A DNA stretch of 63,268 nucleotides, from NCBI GenBank assembly GCA_050302495.1, contig JBNLBP010000001.1:1-63268 (forward strand), read 5' to 3'. This DNA is from Candidatus Pacearchaeota archaeon (GTDB taxonomy: Archaea; Nanobdellota; Nanobdellia; Pacearchaeales; GW2011-AR1). Position numbers and translations under genes: made by a program. The notes beneath the pieces were generated by a model. The model worked only from the letters and a program-made list of their open reading frames with translations, made no database searches and was not told the origin of the DNA. Below, one piece after another: positions 8,495 through 16,902 of the stretch (its first letter is position 1; each line of letters starts with the position of its first letter).

Positions 8495-10061
8495 CTCTTA
8501 CTGCAATTATAATTATAACTATTACAAGGATTAAATTAAGTAATCCAATTCCCCATAAGTGCCAGTTTGATCCACTTATTGCGAATCCAGTTATCAAAGA
8601 TTTCTTTGATACTTCAACAGATACAGGTTGATTTGCAATTAAAGCTCCACTTGAGATAACTTCTATGTTGAATATTTCTTCTCCGAAAGCATCAGATTTA
8701 ACGTCAAGAGTTATCAAAACATCTTCTGATTCTCCAGCGTCAAGAGTCAAAGTAGTCTTAGTTAAGTCAGCTCCATCAGCCCAAGATCCGTAACCTGCAA
8801 CGTTTAAAGTATAAGTAGTAGTTTTTTCTCCTGAATTGATTAATGTAGCTTTAACAGTTAAAGGTTTTCCAGCTTGTCCTCCATCTTGAAGAACTGCGTG
8901 TACTTCAGCATCAGTAGAACTCGAACACTCACCAGAAATTGTTACAGATTGTGAAAATGTAGATAACTCGTCATCATGGTCTGCTTCGTATATGTCTCCG
9001 TCTTCGTCAAGTACAGAGAACTTAAAGTTGTAAGTTCCTGAAGCATCTTCTGGAATTGGAATAGTTAAACTGAATGATTCTGAATTTAAAGCATCAATAT
9101 CTCCAACTGAAACATATTTTTCAATTCCAAGTCTTGATTCAACAACTTTAACTTCTATATCATCTTGGTCTCTGTCTCCAATATTCCAAACGTCTCCTGA
9201 AATAATCATATCAGAACCACATTGAAGATTTTCTGGTAATTTAAGGTCATCTAATACAGCAAAATCTCTTTCAATAATTATATCAACTGATTCAGAAGTG
9301 AAATCACAAGTATTTGGTTTTGAATCAATATCTACTTCACCTGTTGCTCTTGCATATAATTCGTAAGATCCATCTTCAAGATCTTCAAGGTCAATATCTA
9401 AATCATGATCATCAAGTGTGAAGCTGATTGTAACTGTCTCATCATCTCCATCCTTTATTTTAAAGCTATCAACATCATCTATTTCAATAATCCATTCATT
9501 GCTTGAGCTGTCGTAAATACCCCATTCAAGTTCAACATCTCTCAAGTCTTCATCTCCATTGTTTTCGATTCTAACTTCAATTTCTATTTGGTCTAGAGGG
9601 AACCATTCTTCATCGTCACCGATACCTTCTTTTATTTGAATATCTCTTATTTCTATGTCTAAATCTCCCCCATAGTTCTCATATTTACACAAATTAGTGT
9701 TTTGTGCAGTAACTGAGTAAGATAGAGTTTCAGATCCTGATTGAGTTATATCAAATGTAGAAGTGTAAGATTTAAGGAAATCAAAATCTCTTAAATTAAC
9801 TTGAGGAGTAACTGTCAAAACAGTTTCATTGTTAGAGTCAAGTGTTGTATTTCCTGAAACGGCAAAAGTAACCCCATTAATAGTAAAATCACTGTAAGAG
9901 ATATCACTTGAAATATTTGAACTAACAGTAATAGTTTGTGAGTTATTGTTATTAAAGGTTAATGAGGAAGGGCTTACACCTAAAGTTGCACTAGTAAATC
10001 CAGCTAAAAGCAATAATGCAAACATGCTTACAAACACTAAAACTAAATTTTTGTTTTTCAT
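8481..10061 (-). CDS. acidic surface adhesin-like protein (CARDB-like repeats) with C-terminal TM anchor / sorting-signal-like tail
   Basis: Signal peptide MKNKNLVLVFVSMFALLLLAGFTSA; Asp/Glu-rich beta-repeat regions; C-terminus TGFAISGSNWHLWGIGLLNLILVIVIIIIAVRVARK is a short motif + TM helix + basic tail, the tripartite layout of PGF-CTERM-type archaeosortase signals. Confidence 0.55.
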   Translation of the reverse strand: MKNKNLVLVFVSMFALLLLAGFTSATLGVSPSSLTFNNNNSQTITVSSNISSDISYSDFTINGVTFAVSGNTTLDSNNETVLTVTPQVNLRDFDFLKSYTSTFDITQSGSETLSYSVTAQNTNLCKYENYGGDLDIEIRDIQIKEGIGDDEEWFPLDQIEIEVRIENNGDEDLRDVELEWGIYDSSSNEWIIEIDDVDSFKIKDGDDETVTISFTLDDHDLDIDLEDLEDGSYELYARATGEVDIDSKPNTCDFTSESVDIIIERDFAVLDDLKLPENLQCGSDMIISGDVWNIGDRDQDDIEVKVVESRLGIEKYVSVGDIDALNSESFSLTIPIPEDASGTYNFKFSVLDEDGDIYEADHDDELSTFSQSVTISGECSSSTDAEVHAVLQDGGQAGKPLTVKATLINSGEKTTTYTLNVAGYGSWADGADLTKTTLTLDAGESEDVLITLDVKSDAFGEEIFNIEVISSGALIANQPVSVEVSKKSLITGFAISGSNWHLWGIGLLNLILVIVIIIIAVRVARK

Positions 10062-10170
10062 TTGTAATCATTTTGGAGTTACTATGGTTTATAAATATTT
10101 CTATTTTACAAAATATGAATTAATTTTCCTATCTCAAAACATTTATATAATTGTCTGGCTGTAAGTAGAT

Positions 10171-10557
10171 ATGCTTAAGTCAAAAGAGAACGAAATAGGT
10201 GCATGGTCTTTTTTGGTAGGAGTTATTCTTGCTATTTTAATAGGTTTGACTACCTCACTTATCCCCATTCCTGCTTTGGTTAGGTTAAGCTCTCCAATTT
10301 ACGCTCTTTTAGTTATTTTAGGTCTTTTGATAGGGGGTTGGAATGTTCCGAGTGGAAAGGATTCTCAGAAGTTCTTGATTGCGGGAGCAGTATTAGTAAT
10401 AGTTAGTAGATTTGGTATGGATAGTGTTACAGGCTCTTTAATTGGTATTGGAATAGGTGATGCTGTTGCAGCTGTATTTAGTGCTTTATTAGTGTTGTTT
10501 GTGCCTGCTACAATAGTTGTAGCGCTGAAGAACGTGTTTTCTGTGGCAAGAGTTTAG
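10171..10557 (+). CDS. small integral membrane protein
   Basis: 128 aa, 3-4 hydrophobic helices, Gly-rich. Confidence 0.45.
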   Translation: MLKSKENEIGAWSFLVGVILAILIGLTTSLIPIPALVRLSSPIYALLVILGLLIGGWNVPSGKDSQKFLIAGAVLVIVSRFGMDSVTGSLIGIGIGDAVAAVFSALLVLFVPATIVVALKNVFSVARV

Positions 10558-10608
10558 TTTTCAAATTGGAACAATAATGATTATAAATAAGGATCTTCTT
10601 TAGGATGC

Positions 10609-11160
10609 ATGTATTCAGGCCTTAGAGAGAAGTTAATTGGAGAAAAGACCTTTGAAAAGGGAAGATTAATTGATGTCTTGGGAGAAGATGAGTTTGTTAA
10701 AGGGATAAGAAAATTAAATCCGGGGGAGAAATATATTTTTGTATATGAAGACCCAGAAAGAGATTGTAAAATAAACCCAAAGAGTTTTGAAAATTGTTAT
10801 TTTGGTAGGGGAAGTCTTTATTTGAAGAAAGAAGAATCTGAAGAAGAATCTCTTAAAGAAGAGGTTATATACTTTGATAAAGAAATGTTTTTATGGCAAG
10901 GTTCACCTCTTAAAGGTATTCTGGACATAGTTCCAGTGAAGAGCTTTAAAGAAAATAGAGCTAAAGAAGATATGAAGATATACCCTTTTTGGAATGGTTC
11001 GAGCTATATTAAGATAATTCATGTGAATCCTGTTGAAGCTTGGGCAAGCGCATACAAAGAGTCAGAACAAGGCCTTTGGAAAAATCATTTGGGGAAGCCG
11101 GAAAAAATTAAACCAGGGATATTTTCAAAGCATGTAAATAATTCAAATAACGATTGGTAA
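10609..11160 (+). CDS. hypothetical protein
   Basis: 183-aa ORF, no recognisable motif. Confidence 0.4.
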   Translation: MYSGLREKLIGEKTFEKGRLIDVLGEDEFVKGIRKLNPGEKYIFVYEDPERDCKINPKSFENCYFGRGSLYLKKEESEEESLKEEVIYFDKEMFLWQGSPLKGILDIVPVKSFKENRAKEDMKIYPFWNGSSYIKIIHVNPVEAWASAYKESEQGLWKNHLGKPEKIKPGIFSKHVNNSNNDW

Positions 11161-11161
11161 A

Positions 11162-11557
11162 CTAATAGAATTCCATATCTTTCTTTTCTTTTTCAGGCTT
11201 AGGTATATCTTTGTGTACCTTAGCGAAAGAAGGTGTTGCTATAACTAAATTCTCTCCAAATCCAGCAATTGAACCTTCAAGAGCGTCTACAGTCTTTTTT
11301 ACCTTGGAAACGGCTCTCTTTAGTTCAATAGAATCTCTTTGTTTTATAGGTTTTATGTCAATAACAGCAATTGTATAACCTTCTCTTAAAGAATTTAAGA
11401 TTTCGTTAACATCATCGTAGTTTTTTAGTTGAAAAAGCTTAACTACAACCTTGTTATCTTTCTCTTTTTGTTGTTCTAAATCAATTTCTAGGTATTCATC
11501 ACCGTCTTCGGACATTGAAGAATTGGATAGTGCTTTTTTAAGTTTATCAAACATCAT
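11162..11557 (-). CDS. sepF: cell division protein SepF (DUF552)
   Basis: 131 aa; core VVVKLFQLKNYDDVNEILNSLREGYTIAVIDIKPI...ELKRAVSKVKKTVDALEGSIAGFGENLVIATP matches the SepF/DUF552 pattern; FtsZ encoded nearby. Confidence 0.65.
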   Translation of the reverse strand: MMFDKLKKALSNSSMSEDGDEYLEIDLEQQKEKDNKVVVKLFQLKNYDDVNEILNSLREGYTIAVIDIKPIKQRDSIELKRAVSKVKKTVDALEGSIAGFGENLVIATPSFAKVHKDIPKPEKEKKDMEFY

Positions 11558-11625
11558 GGTAAAATGATACCGGACAGATTTATAAAGATTTCGTAATTTG
11601 ATTATGTATAATTCCCGAGGTAGAA

Positions 11626-11937
11626 TTATTTCTTCTCAAATAGACCTTCTCTGAGCTTTTCTATCTGTTCATTTACAGAATCTTCTTGCCCATCAAGGTT
11701 TTTTAGTCTTAATTCAAGCATTTTTTTCTTATTTTCAAGATCTTTTAGAACAGAATCCTTATTTGACTTTATCATTAATTGTCCTACAATCTTAAACACA
11801 TCTTCTTTTGAAGAATTTATCTCTTTTATAGAATTATCAGTTTCAGAAAGTTCCATATTAAAGGCTTGCTTTTGTAGAAGGATATTTTGAAGTGTATTTT
11901 CAAGCATAGGGATTTCTTCGGGAGAATGTTGATCCAT
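11626..11937 (-). CDS. pfdB: prefoldin beta subunit
   Basis: 103 aa coiled-coil / beta-hairpin / coiled-coil with VFKIVGQLMIK hairpin; directly downstream of rpoP as in many archaea. Confidence 0.6.
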   Translation of the reverse strand: MDQHSPEEIPMLENTLQNILLQKQAFNMELSETDNSIKEINSSKEDVFKIVGQLMIKSNKDSVLKDLENKKKMLELRLKNLDGQEDSVNEQIEKLREGLFEKK

Positions 11938-11938
11938 T

Positions 11939-12076
11939 TTATTCTGCCTTTAGAACTTTTACTTTAGTCCTTGGCTTGAAGAAAATCTTACTACCGCAGT
12001 TAGGACAGATAAATCTTTTTTCTAAGTCTTTACTTGTCAACTTCTTTCCACATTTGAAACATTTGTAGTTTGCCAT
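11939..12076 (-). CDS. rpoP: DNA-directed RNA polymerase subunit P (Rpo12/RpoP), zinc ribbon
   Basis: 45-aa ORF (below ORF-track cutoff) MANYKCFKCGKKLTSKDLEKRFICPNCGSKIFFKPRTKVKVLKAE with CxxC-x16-CxxC; sits between L37ae and prefoldin beta. Confidence 0.7.
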   Translation of the reverse strand: MANYKCFKCGKKLTSKDLEKRFICPNCGSKIFFKPRTKVKVLKAE

Positions 12077-12077
12077 T

Positions 12078-12302
12078 TTATTGTTCGTCTAGTGCGTATG
12101 CATTGTCTGCAAAAACTTTACCTGTTTTTGAGCATTTCCAGATTCCAGCTGCAATTCTTTTTGCAACCCCTCTTGGATGGAAGGGAGATTTTTGTTTAAC
12201 TCTTTGTTTTGATTCAACTTGGACCAGTCTATCTCGAACTCTCTTACCATATCTAGGTCCGAATCTTCCTGCTGATTTTGTTTTTTTTGATTTGTTTGGC
12301 AT
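12078..12302 (-). CDS. rpl37ae: ribosomal protein L37Ae (eL43), zinc-free variant
   Basis: Start at internal Met (MPNKSKKTKSAGRFGPRYGKRVRDRL...AAGIWKCSKTGKVFADNAY); the longer 12341 start would overlap the tRNA; three of four Zn-ribbon Cys replaced. Confidence 0.7.
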   Translation of the reverse strand: MPNKSKKTKSAGRFGPRYGKRVRDRLVQVESKQRVKQKSPFHPRGVAKRIAAGIWKCSKTGKVFADNAYALDEQ

Positions 12303-12311
12303 TTTATTAAA

Positions 12312-12385
12312 TGGGGATACGCGGATTTGAACCGCGGTCATGAAGTCCCAAACCTCATAGGCTAACCAGGCTACCCCATATCCCC
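12312..12385 (-). tRNA. tRNA-Pro (anticodon UGG)
   Basis: 74-nt cloverleaf read on minus strand: acceptor GGGGATA/TATCCCC, anticodon stem TGAGG/CTTCA with loop TTTGGGA, T-arm CGCGG-TTCAAAT-CCGCG; no encoded CCA. Confidence 0.8.
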
Positions 12386-12406
12386 ATATGTTTTGGAGAT
12401 TATGGA

Positions 12407-12416
12407 TATTTATAAA
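12407..12416 (-). promoter_or_regulatory. TATA box ~26 nt upstream of tRNA-Pro (minus strand TTTATAAATA)
   Basis: Plus-strand TATTTATAAA at 12407-12416; standard archaeal spacing to the tRNA 5' end at 12385. Confidence 0.45.
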
Positions 12417-12417
12417 G

Positions 12418-13023
12418 CTATTTCTTTGCTTTCTCCTCGGCAGCTTCCTTTGCAGCTTGTTCTTGCTTCATGAGCTTATCTTGTTTTGCTTTTAGTTCTG
12501 CAAAATTTGAATCTAATTCTTTTTTCTTTTCTTCAGGAGTTTCTGTTGACTCTTGAGAAATCTCTTTATCATATTTCCCTTCTTCAATTTCTTTTTCGAT
12601 TTCTTTTGCAGGTTTATTTTCTATCAATATACCTGCACTAACACATGTTCCTACAACAAGTTTAACAGCAGACTTTAGATCTTTAGCTAAAAGGTTCTGC
12701 ATCTTTGTTTTAGCAACAGAAATTATTTGTTCAATTGAAGCATTTGCAACTTGGAATTTCAACTGTTGTCCTGAACCGGTTTTTATGTTTAATTCTTGCT
12801 TTAATAATTCAGAAACAGGAGGTGAGAAAACTTTTATTTCAAAAGTCTTTGTTTTTGGATCAACATCAAGTTCAACGGGAACTTTTAATCCTTTGAAATC
12901 TTTAGTTGCATCATTAACATCTTGTATTACTTTGTTTATCGGTATTCCTGCAGGCCCAAGTTTTTGGCTAAGAGCAGGACCGGGTTTCATACTTCCGCCT
13001 TCTGCTAAAATCTTAATTATCAT
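12418..13023 (-). CDS. rpl11: ribosomal protein L11 (uL11) with acidic/lysine-rich C-terminal extension
   Basis: N-terminal domain GGSMKPGPALSQKLGPAGIPINKVIQDVNDATKDFKG matches uL11; ~40 extra Lys/Glu-rich residues at C-terminus. Confidence 0.85.
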   Translation of the reverse strand: MIIKILAEGGSMKPGPALSQKLGPAGIPINKVIQDVNDATKDFKGLKVPVELDVDPKTKTFEIKVFSPPVSELLKQELNIKTGSGQQLKFQVANASIEQIISVAKTKMQNLLAKDLKSAVKLVVGTCVSAGILIENKPAKEIEKEIEEGKYDKEISQESTETPEEKKKELDSNFAELKAKQDKLMKQEQAAKEAAEEKAKK

Positions 13024-13378
13024 TTTTTATTTTCTCTCTATATTTAATTGATTTTTCAAGGTTGTCTTCTCCAACAGAATAATATACCTCGAGAAAATCG
13101 CTAGTAGAAGATATAATTTTGTCCCTATATACATTAAACAGCCTAATCAAATTTGTGGTGTCTTTATTGGTAAGTTTGAAGTCTATATAAAACGCTTGCA
13201 TTCCATGGTAGAAATTACTTACCATATCCTCTGATGCATTCCCTTCATAGATTTTCTTTTTTACATTTTCCATTTTCTTATTCCAATCTTTAAAATCTTT
13301 TTTGGTTAATCCGACAGCGACCAAACCCTCTAAATTTTCTCTTTTAATCAAATTTATATGATTTCTACTAGTTGTCAT
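13013..13378 (-). CDS. hypothetical protein inserted between Spt5 and L11
   Basis: 121 aa, no TM, no recognised motif; overlaps L11 start by 11 nt and Spt5 end by 4 nt (co-transcribed). Confidence 0.45.
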   Translation of the reverse strand: MTTSRNHINLIKRENLEGLVAVGLTKKDFKDWNKKMENVKKKIYEGNASEDMVSNFYHGMQAFYIDFKLTNKDTTNLIRLFNVYRDKIISSTSDFLEVYYSVGEDNLEKSIKYREKIKNDN

Positions 13379-13824
13379 TCTTCCTCGTCTTCTCTTCTAA
13401 TAACTTTAACGTTATCCAATTTAATTGTAACTGGTAATGGAACAACAGCTCCAAGCAAGCTAACCACAACTTCTTCTTTCTGTTTGTCAATTCTTAAAAC
13501 TTTTGCTTTTTCTTTCTTGAAAGGTTCAGACAAAAGTTCAACAATATCTCCTTCTTTTATTGAGATTGTTTCTACAGAAGGTTGGATCATAGATTCAAGT
13601 TCTTCATAAGCAATTGTCTTTGGTATTATTCCTTTTACATATGGTAAATTGAAAACTGCATCTTCAGCAGAATCCCTATCTTCAGATTCAAGAATAATGT
13701 ATCCTCTTAGTCCTGCCGGTCTTGAAACGGAGTAAACATTAAGGTCTTTTTTCTTAACTCTATCTGAAATCATATCAAGAGCTCTTTCTTCTTTGTTCGT
13801 CGTTACTTTTATAATAAAGATCAT
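13375..13824 (-). CDS. spt5: transcription elongation factor Spt5 (NusG homolog)
   Basis: 149 aa; NGN domain MIFIIKVTTNKEERALDMI... plus KOW motif (GDIVELLSEPFKKEKAKVLRID). Confidence 0.75.
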   Translation of the reverse strand: MIFIIKVTTNKEERALDMISDRVKKKDLNVYSVSRPAGLRGYIILESEDRDSAEDAVFNLPYVKGIIPKTIAYEELESMIQPSVETISIKEGDIVELLSEPFKKEKAKVLRIDKQKEEVVVSLLGAVVPLPVTIKLDNVKVIRREDEEE

Positions 13825-13893
13825 TTTATTCGTTCCACTACGACTTAATACTTAAGAAGTAGTAATAATAATTAAAATTCTTGGTTTATAAAA

Positions 13894-14340
13894 TTATTGT
13901 TTTATCTTTTCTTCCAATAAATCCCTGTAGTAGGACTTTTGGTAGAGAGGGATCTTTACAGGATAATTTCTCCCTAAATTCAAGACATTTCCATTTAATT
14001 TGAAGTCTTTAAACATTCTTATATGAAATCCCTCTTTACATCTTTTGGTTCCTGGGGCTTTCAACAATATTTTTCTTGGAAAAGACAGCTCCAAATTAGA
14101 CTCTCCAAGATAAATTCCTTTGCATTTCTGAGTTGAAGACTCAAAATCATATACTTTCATATATTCTAATTCTAACATAAAAAGATTTTGCATCTGGAGA
14201 TTAATAAGAATTGTTATAGGAAAGACTTCATGATTATTGAGATAAGAAATCCAAGTAACCCAATTATTAAGATACCTATTGCAGAAACCTTGGATATTTG
14301 TTGGAATTCTTCTTTTGTTGGCTTCTTTAATGTGTGCCAA
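13894..14340 (-). CDS. hypothetical protein
   Basis: 148 aa, no TM; occupies the position where SecE is usually found upstream of Spt5 but is not SecE-like. Confidence 0.4.
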   Translation of the reverse strand: MAHIKEANKRRIPTNIQGFCNRYLNNWVTWISYLNNHEVFPITILINLQMQNLFMLELEYMKVYDFESSTQKCKGIYLGESNLELSFPRKILLKAPGTKRCKEGFHIRMFKDFKLNGNVLNLGRNYPVKIPLYQKSYYRDLLEEKIKQ

Positions 14341-14416
14341 ACTCTCTTACATTTCAATAAAAATGATTTTAATGCCATAGCAAATATAGATTGGAGAGGT
14401 TTTTAAAATTATTCAA

Positions 14417-15502
14417 TTACTCATAAAATTCAATGCCCAATTCTTCTTCAATTTCTTTGTGTTTTAGTTCATCTATAGACTCTCCGCCGCCTACTATTTG
14501 GTTACTCTTAACACCTGTAACAATTAGTAAAACTCTTATTGCTTTACCCATGTCTTCTGAGATTTGAGCTCCACCAATAAGCTTAGCATCAGGGCTTAGT
14601 TTATCTCCAACTTCCCCTATGATTGTTTTGTATTCGTCAAGACTCATATTTGCCCCTCCGACTACATTCACCAATGCTCCTGTTGCATTCGATATATCCA
14701 CGTCAAGAAGAGGGTTGTGTATTGCTTTTTCTATTGCATCTTTTGCTCTATTATCTGTATCTGACTCACCCATTCCAATTAATGAAACTCCTCCATTAGA
14801 CATTACGGCTCTTATATCTGCAAAGTCTAGGTTAACTAAACCAGAAGTTGTTACAAGCTCGGTTACACCTTTTACAGCATTTGTTAGAATCTCGTCCGCA
14901 ATTTTAAATGCTGTTTGAAGAGGCAAATCTGGAGCAAGTTCAAGAAGTTTATCATTGGGTATAACAATTAAAGTATCTACAATAGATTCCATTTTTTCAA
15001 GGCCGTTCATAGCATTTTCTATTCTTTTTTGACCTTCTATTGTGAAAGGCATGGTTATTATTCCAATAGTTAATGCATTTTGTTTTTTAGCTAGGCTTGC
15101 TATTACAGGAGCGGCACCTGTACCAGTTCCACCCCCCATACCACAAGTTATGAAAATTAAATCACTTCCAGAAATCTTCTTTTTTATTTCAGATTCGGAT
15201 TCTTTAGCAGATTCTTCACCAACTCTGGGATTACTTCCTGCTCCAAGACCCTGGGTTAATTCTTTACCAATAAGTATCTTTTGATCAGCATTAGCATACA
15301 ACAAATCCTGAGCATCTGTATTTACTGCTATTAATTCGCCACCTTTTATTCCAATTTCACGCATTCTAGATAAAGAATTATTTCCTCCACCACCTACGCC
15401 GATGACTTTTATCTTTGCAGACTGTTTTTTCAATAACTCTGCAAGTTCTTGATCTATATCATTTACCGCAGAAGAAGAACCCGATTCATATATCTCCACC
15501 AT
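14417..15502 (-). CDS. ftsZ: cell division GTPase FtsZ
   Basis: Tubulin signature [11 protein letters not shown]7 loop region, [14 protein letters not shown]-terminal GTP-binding motif. Confidence 0.9.
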   Translation of the reverse strand: MVEIYESGSSSAVNDIDQELAELLKKQSAKIKVIGVGGGGNNSLSRMREIGIKGGELIAVNTDAQDLLYANADQKILIGKELTQGLGAGSNPRVGEESAKESESEIKKKISGSDLIFITCGMGGGTGTGAAPVIASLAKKQNALTIGIITMPFTIEGQKRIENAMNGLEKMESIVDTLIVIPNDKLLELAPDLPLQTAFKIADEILTNAVKGVTELVTTSGLVNLDFADIRAVMSNGGVSLIGMGESDTDNRAKDAIEKAIHNPLLDVDISNATGALVNVVGGANMSLDEYKTIIGEVGDKLSPDAKLIGGAQISEDMGKAIRVLLIVTGVKSNQIVGGGESIDELKHKEIEEELGIEFYE

Positions 15503-15558
15503 CTTCTATAGAAGATTTGTTAAGTTTTTAAAAATTGTTGTGTTTTGTTCCAAAGAAA

Positions 15559-16227
15559 TTATTCTGTTTTTGGAGATTCAGTTTGAATTTCATTAACTTC
15601 TAGATCTAAACTAAGGATTTCCTTAAATTTATCTTTAAACATTTCTAAAACAGGTTTCATTTCTTTTTCTGAGTCGATAATCAATTTATTGTTTTCAATT
15701 TTGAAAGGAAATTCTTTTCTGAACAAGAAATCCATTAAAGCTTTCACTTTCTCATTCACATCATCAATTTTACGAAGTATTTCAATATCATAAACTACAT
15801 CTTTTCCTGCTAAAGGGTTATTGAAGTCTACTATAACTCTTCCCCCTGATACAGAAAGTATTTTTCCTATACGACCATCAAAATTAAAGGGCATGCCTTG
15901 AACGGGCCTTAATCCATGTTGGTGGAATACTTTTATTGGCATTAGTTGAACCATTTTTGAGTCTCTTTTTCCAAAAGAGTTCTCGGGAGATAGTTCTATA
16001 TTGTAACTCATAGGGAAATTTGAAATATCCTTTCCAATTAGGTAGTCATCAACACCTTTTAGAAACATTGAGTTTCCGATTGAGAAGATAAATGGTTTTG
16101 ATTGATCTGGGGAAGGATTAGGGTTAAGCTTCTTTAATTCTTCTGGAATGTTTGAATCAAAGACCCCTCCGTCTTTAATTTTTCCAGTGAATTTTATTTC
16201 TATGAAATCATTTTTTTGTAGGTTCAT
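15559..16227 (-). CDS. FKBP-type peptidyl-prolyl cis-trans isomerase (SlyD-like with insert domain)
   Basis: FIEIKFTGKIKDGGVFDSN... FKBP fold signature; ~220 aa typical of archaeal long FKBP. Confidence 0.65.
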   Translation of the reverse strand: MNLQKNDFIEIKFTGKIKDGGVFDSNIPEELKKLNPNPSPDQSKPFIFSIGNSMFLKGVDDYLIGKDISNFPMSYNIELSPENSFGKRDSKMVQLMPIKVFHQHGLRPVQGMPFNFDGRIGKILSVSGGRVIVDFNNPLAGKDVVYDIEILRKIDDVNEKVKALMDFLFRKEFPFKIENNKLIIDSEKEMKPVLEMFKDKFKEILSLDLEVNEIQTESPKTE

Positions 16228-16277
16228 GATTTTGCAATTTACTAAAACTTTATAAATCTATTTTTTTTGAATAATTT

Positions 16278-16670
16278 ATGGTGTTGAAAATTATTGATGC
16301 TACAGAAGCAAGGGTTGGAACAAATATTATTGTTGATGGTATGCCATGTACCGTTAAGAGTATTGATATCTCTAAGACGGGTAAACACGGTCATGCAAAA
16401 TGCCGTATTGAAGCTGTTGGAATAATAACTGGAAGTAAAAAAGTATTTGTAGTTCCAGGACACGATAGACTTGAAGTTCCAAATGTTGAAAAGAGAAAGG
16501 GTCAAGTTCTTTCTAAGGCGGATGGAAGAGTTACTTTAATGGATCTTGAAAGTTTTGAGACAATTGAAGTTCCATGCCCAGAACAAGAGGTATATGATTC
16601 CCTTGAAGAAAGCGGAAATTGTGAATATTGGGATATTGAAGGGGAAAAGATCGTTAAACGGAAACTTTAA
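16278..16670 (+). CDS. eif5a: translation initiation factor 5A (aIF-5A)
   Basis: Hypusine loop SKTGKHGHAKCRIEAVGI; 130 aa. Confidence 0.85.
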   Translation: MVLKIIDATEARVGTNIIVDGMPCTVKSIDISKTGKHGHAKCRIEAVGIITGSKKVFVVPGHDRLEVPNVEKRKGQVLSKADGRVTLMDLESFETIEVPCPEQEVYDSLEESGNCEYWDIEGEKIVKRKL

Positions 16671-16701
16671 AAGCTAAACATTAATTTTATTTCTGATTAA
16701 G

Positions 16702-16872
16702 ATGGCACAAAAAATACCAGAAGCTCAAGCACGAATGACAAAGAATGTTTTTGTCTGTATGAAGTGTGAAGGAAAAATGAGGGCAGATCCTCAGAAGATC
16801 TTGAAAGGTAAAGTTAAGTGTAGAAAAAAAGATTGTAGAGGAAGAAGCTTCAGAATTTTGAAAAAGAAGTAA
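16702..16872 (+). CDS. rpl40e: ribosomal protein L40e
   Basis: 56-aa ORF (below ORF-track cutoff) MAQKIPEAQARMTKNVFVCMKCEGKMRADPQKILKGKVKCRKKDCRG... matches the L40e PEAEAR...C-x2-C...C pattern. Confidence 0.6.
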   Translation: MAQKIPEAQARMTKNVFVCMKCEGKMRADPQKILKGKVKCRKKDCRGRSFRILKKK

Positions 16873-16902
16873 TTTAACTAATTTTAAATAGATAGTGTCT
16901 TT

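Noticed and set aside
14188-15284. Plus-strand ORFs antisense to FtsZ and neighbour (14188-14406, 14619-14918, 15042-15284)
   Set aside because: They lie entirely inside the strongly supported ftsZ gene on the opposite strand; low-complexity translations
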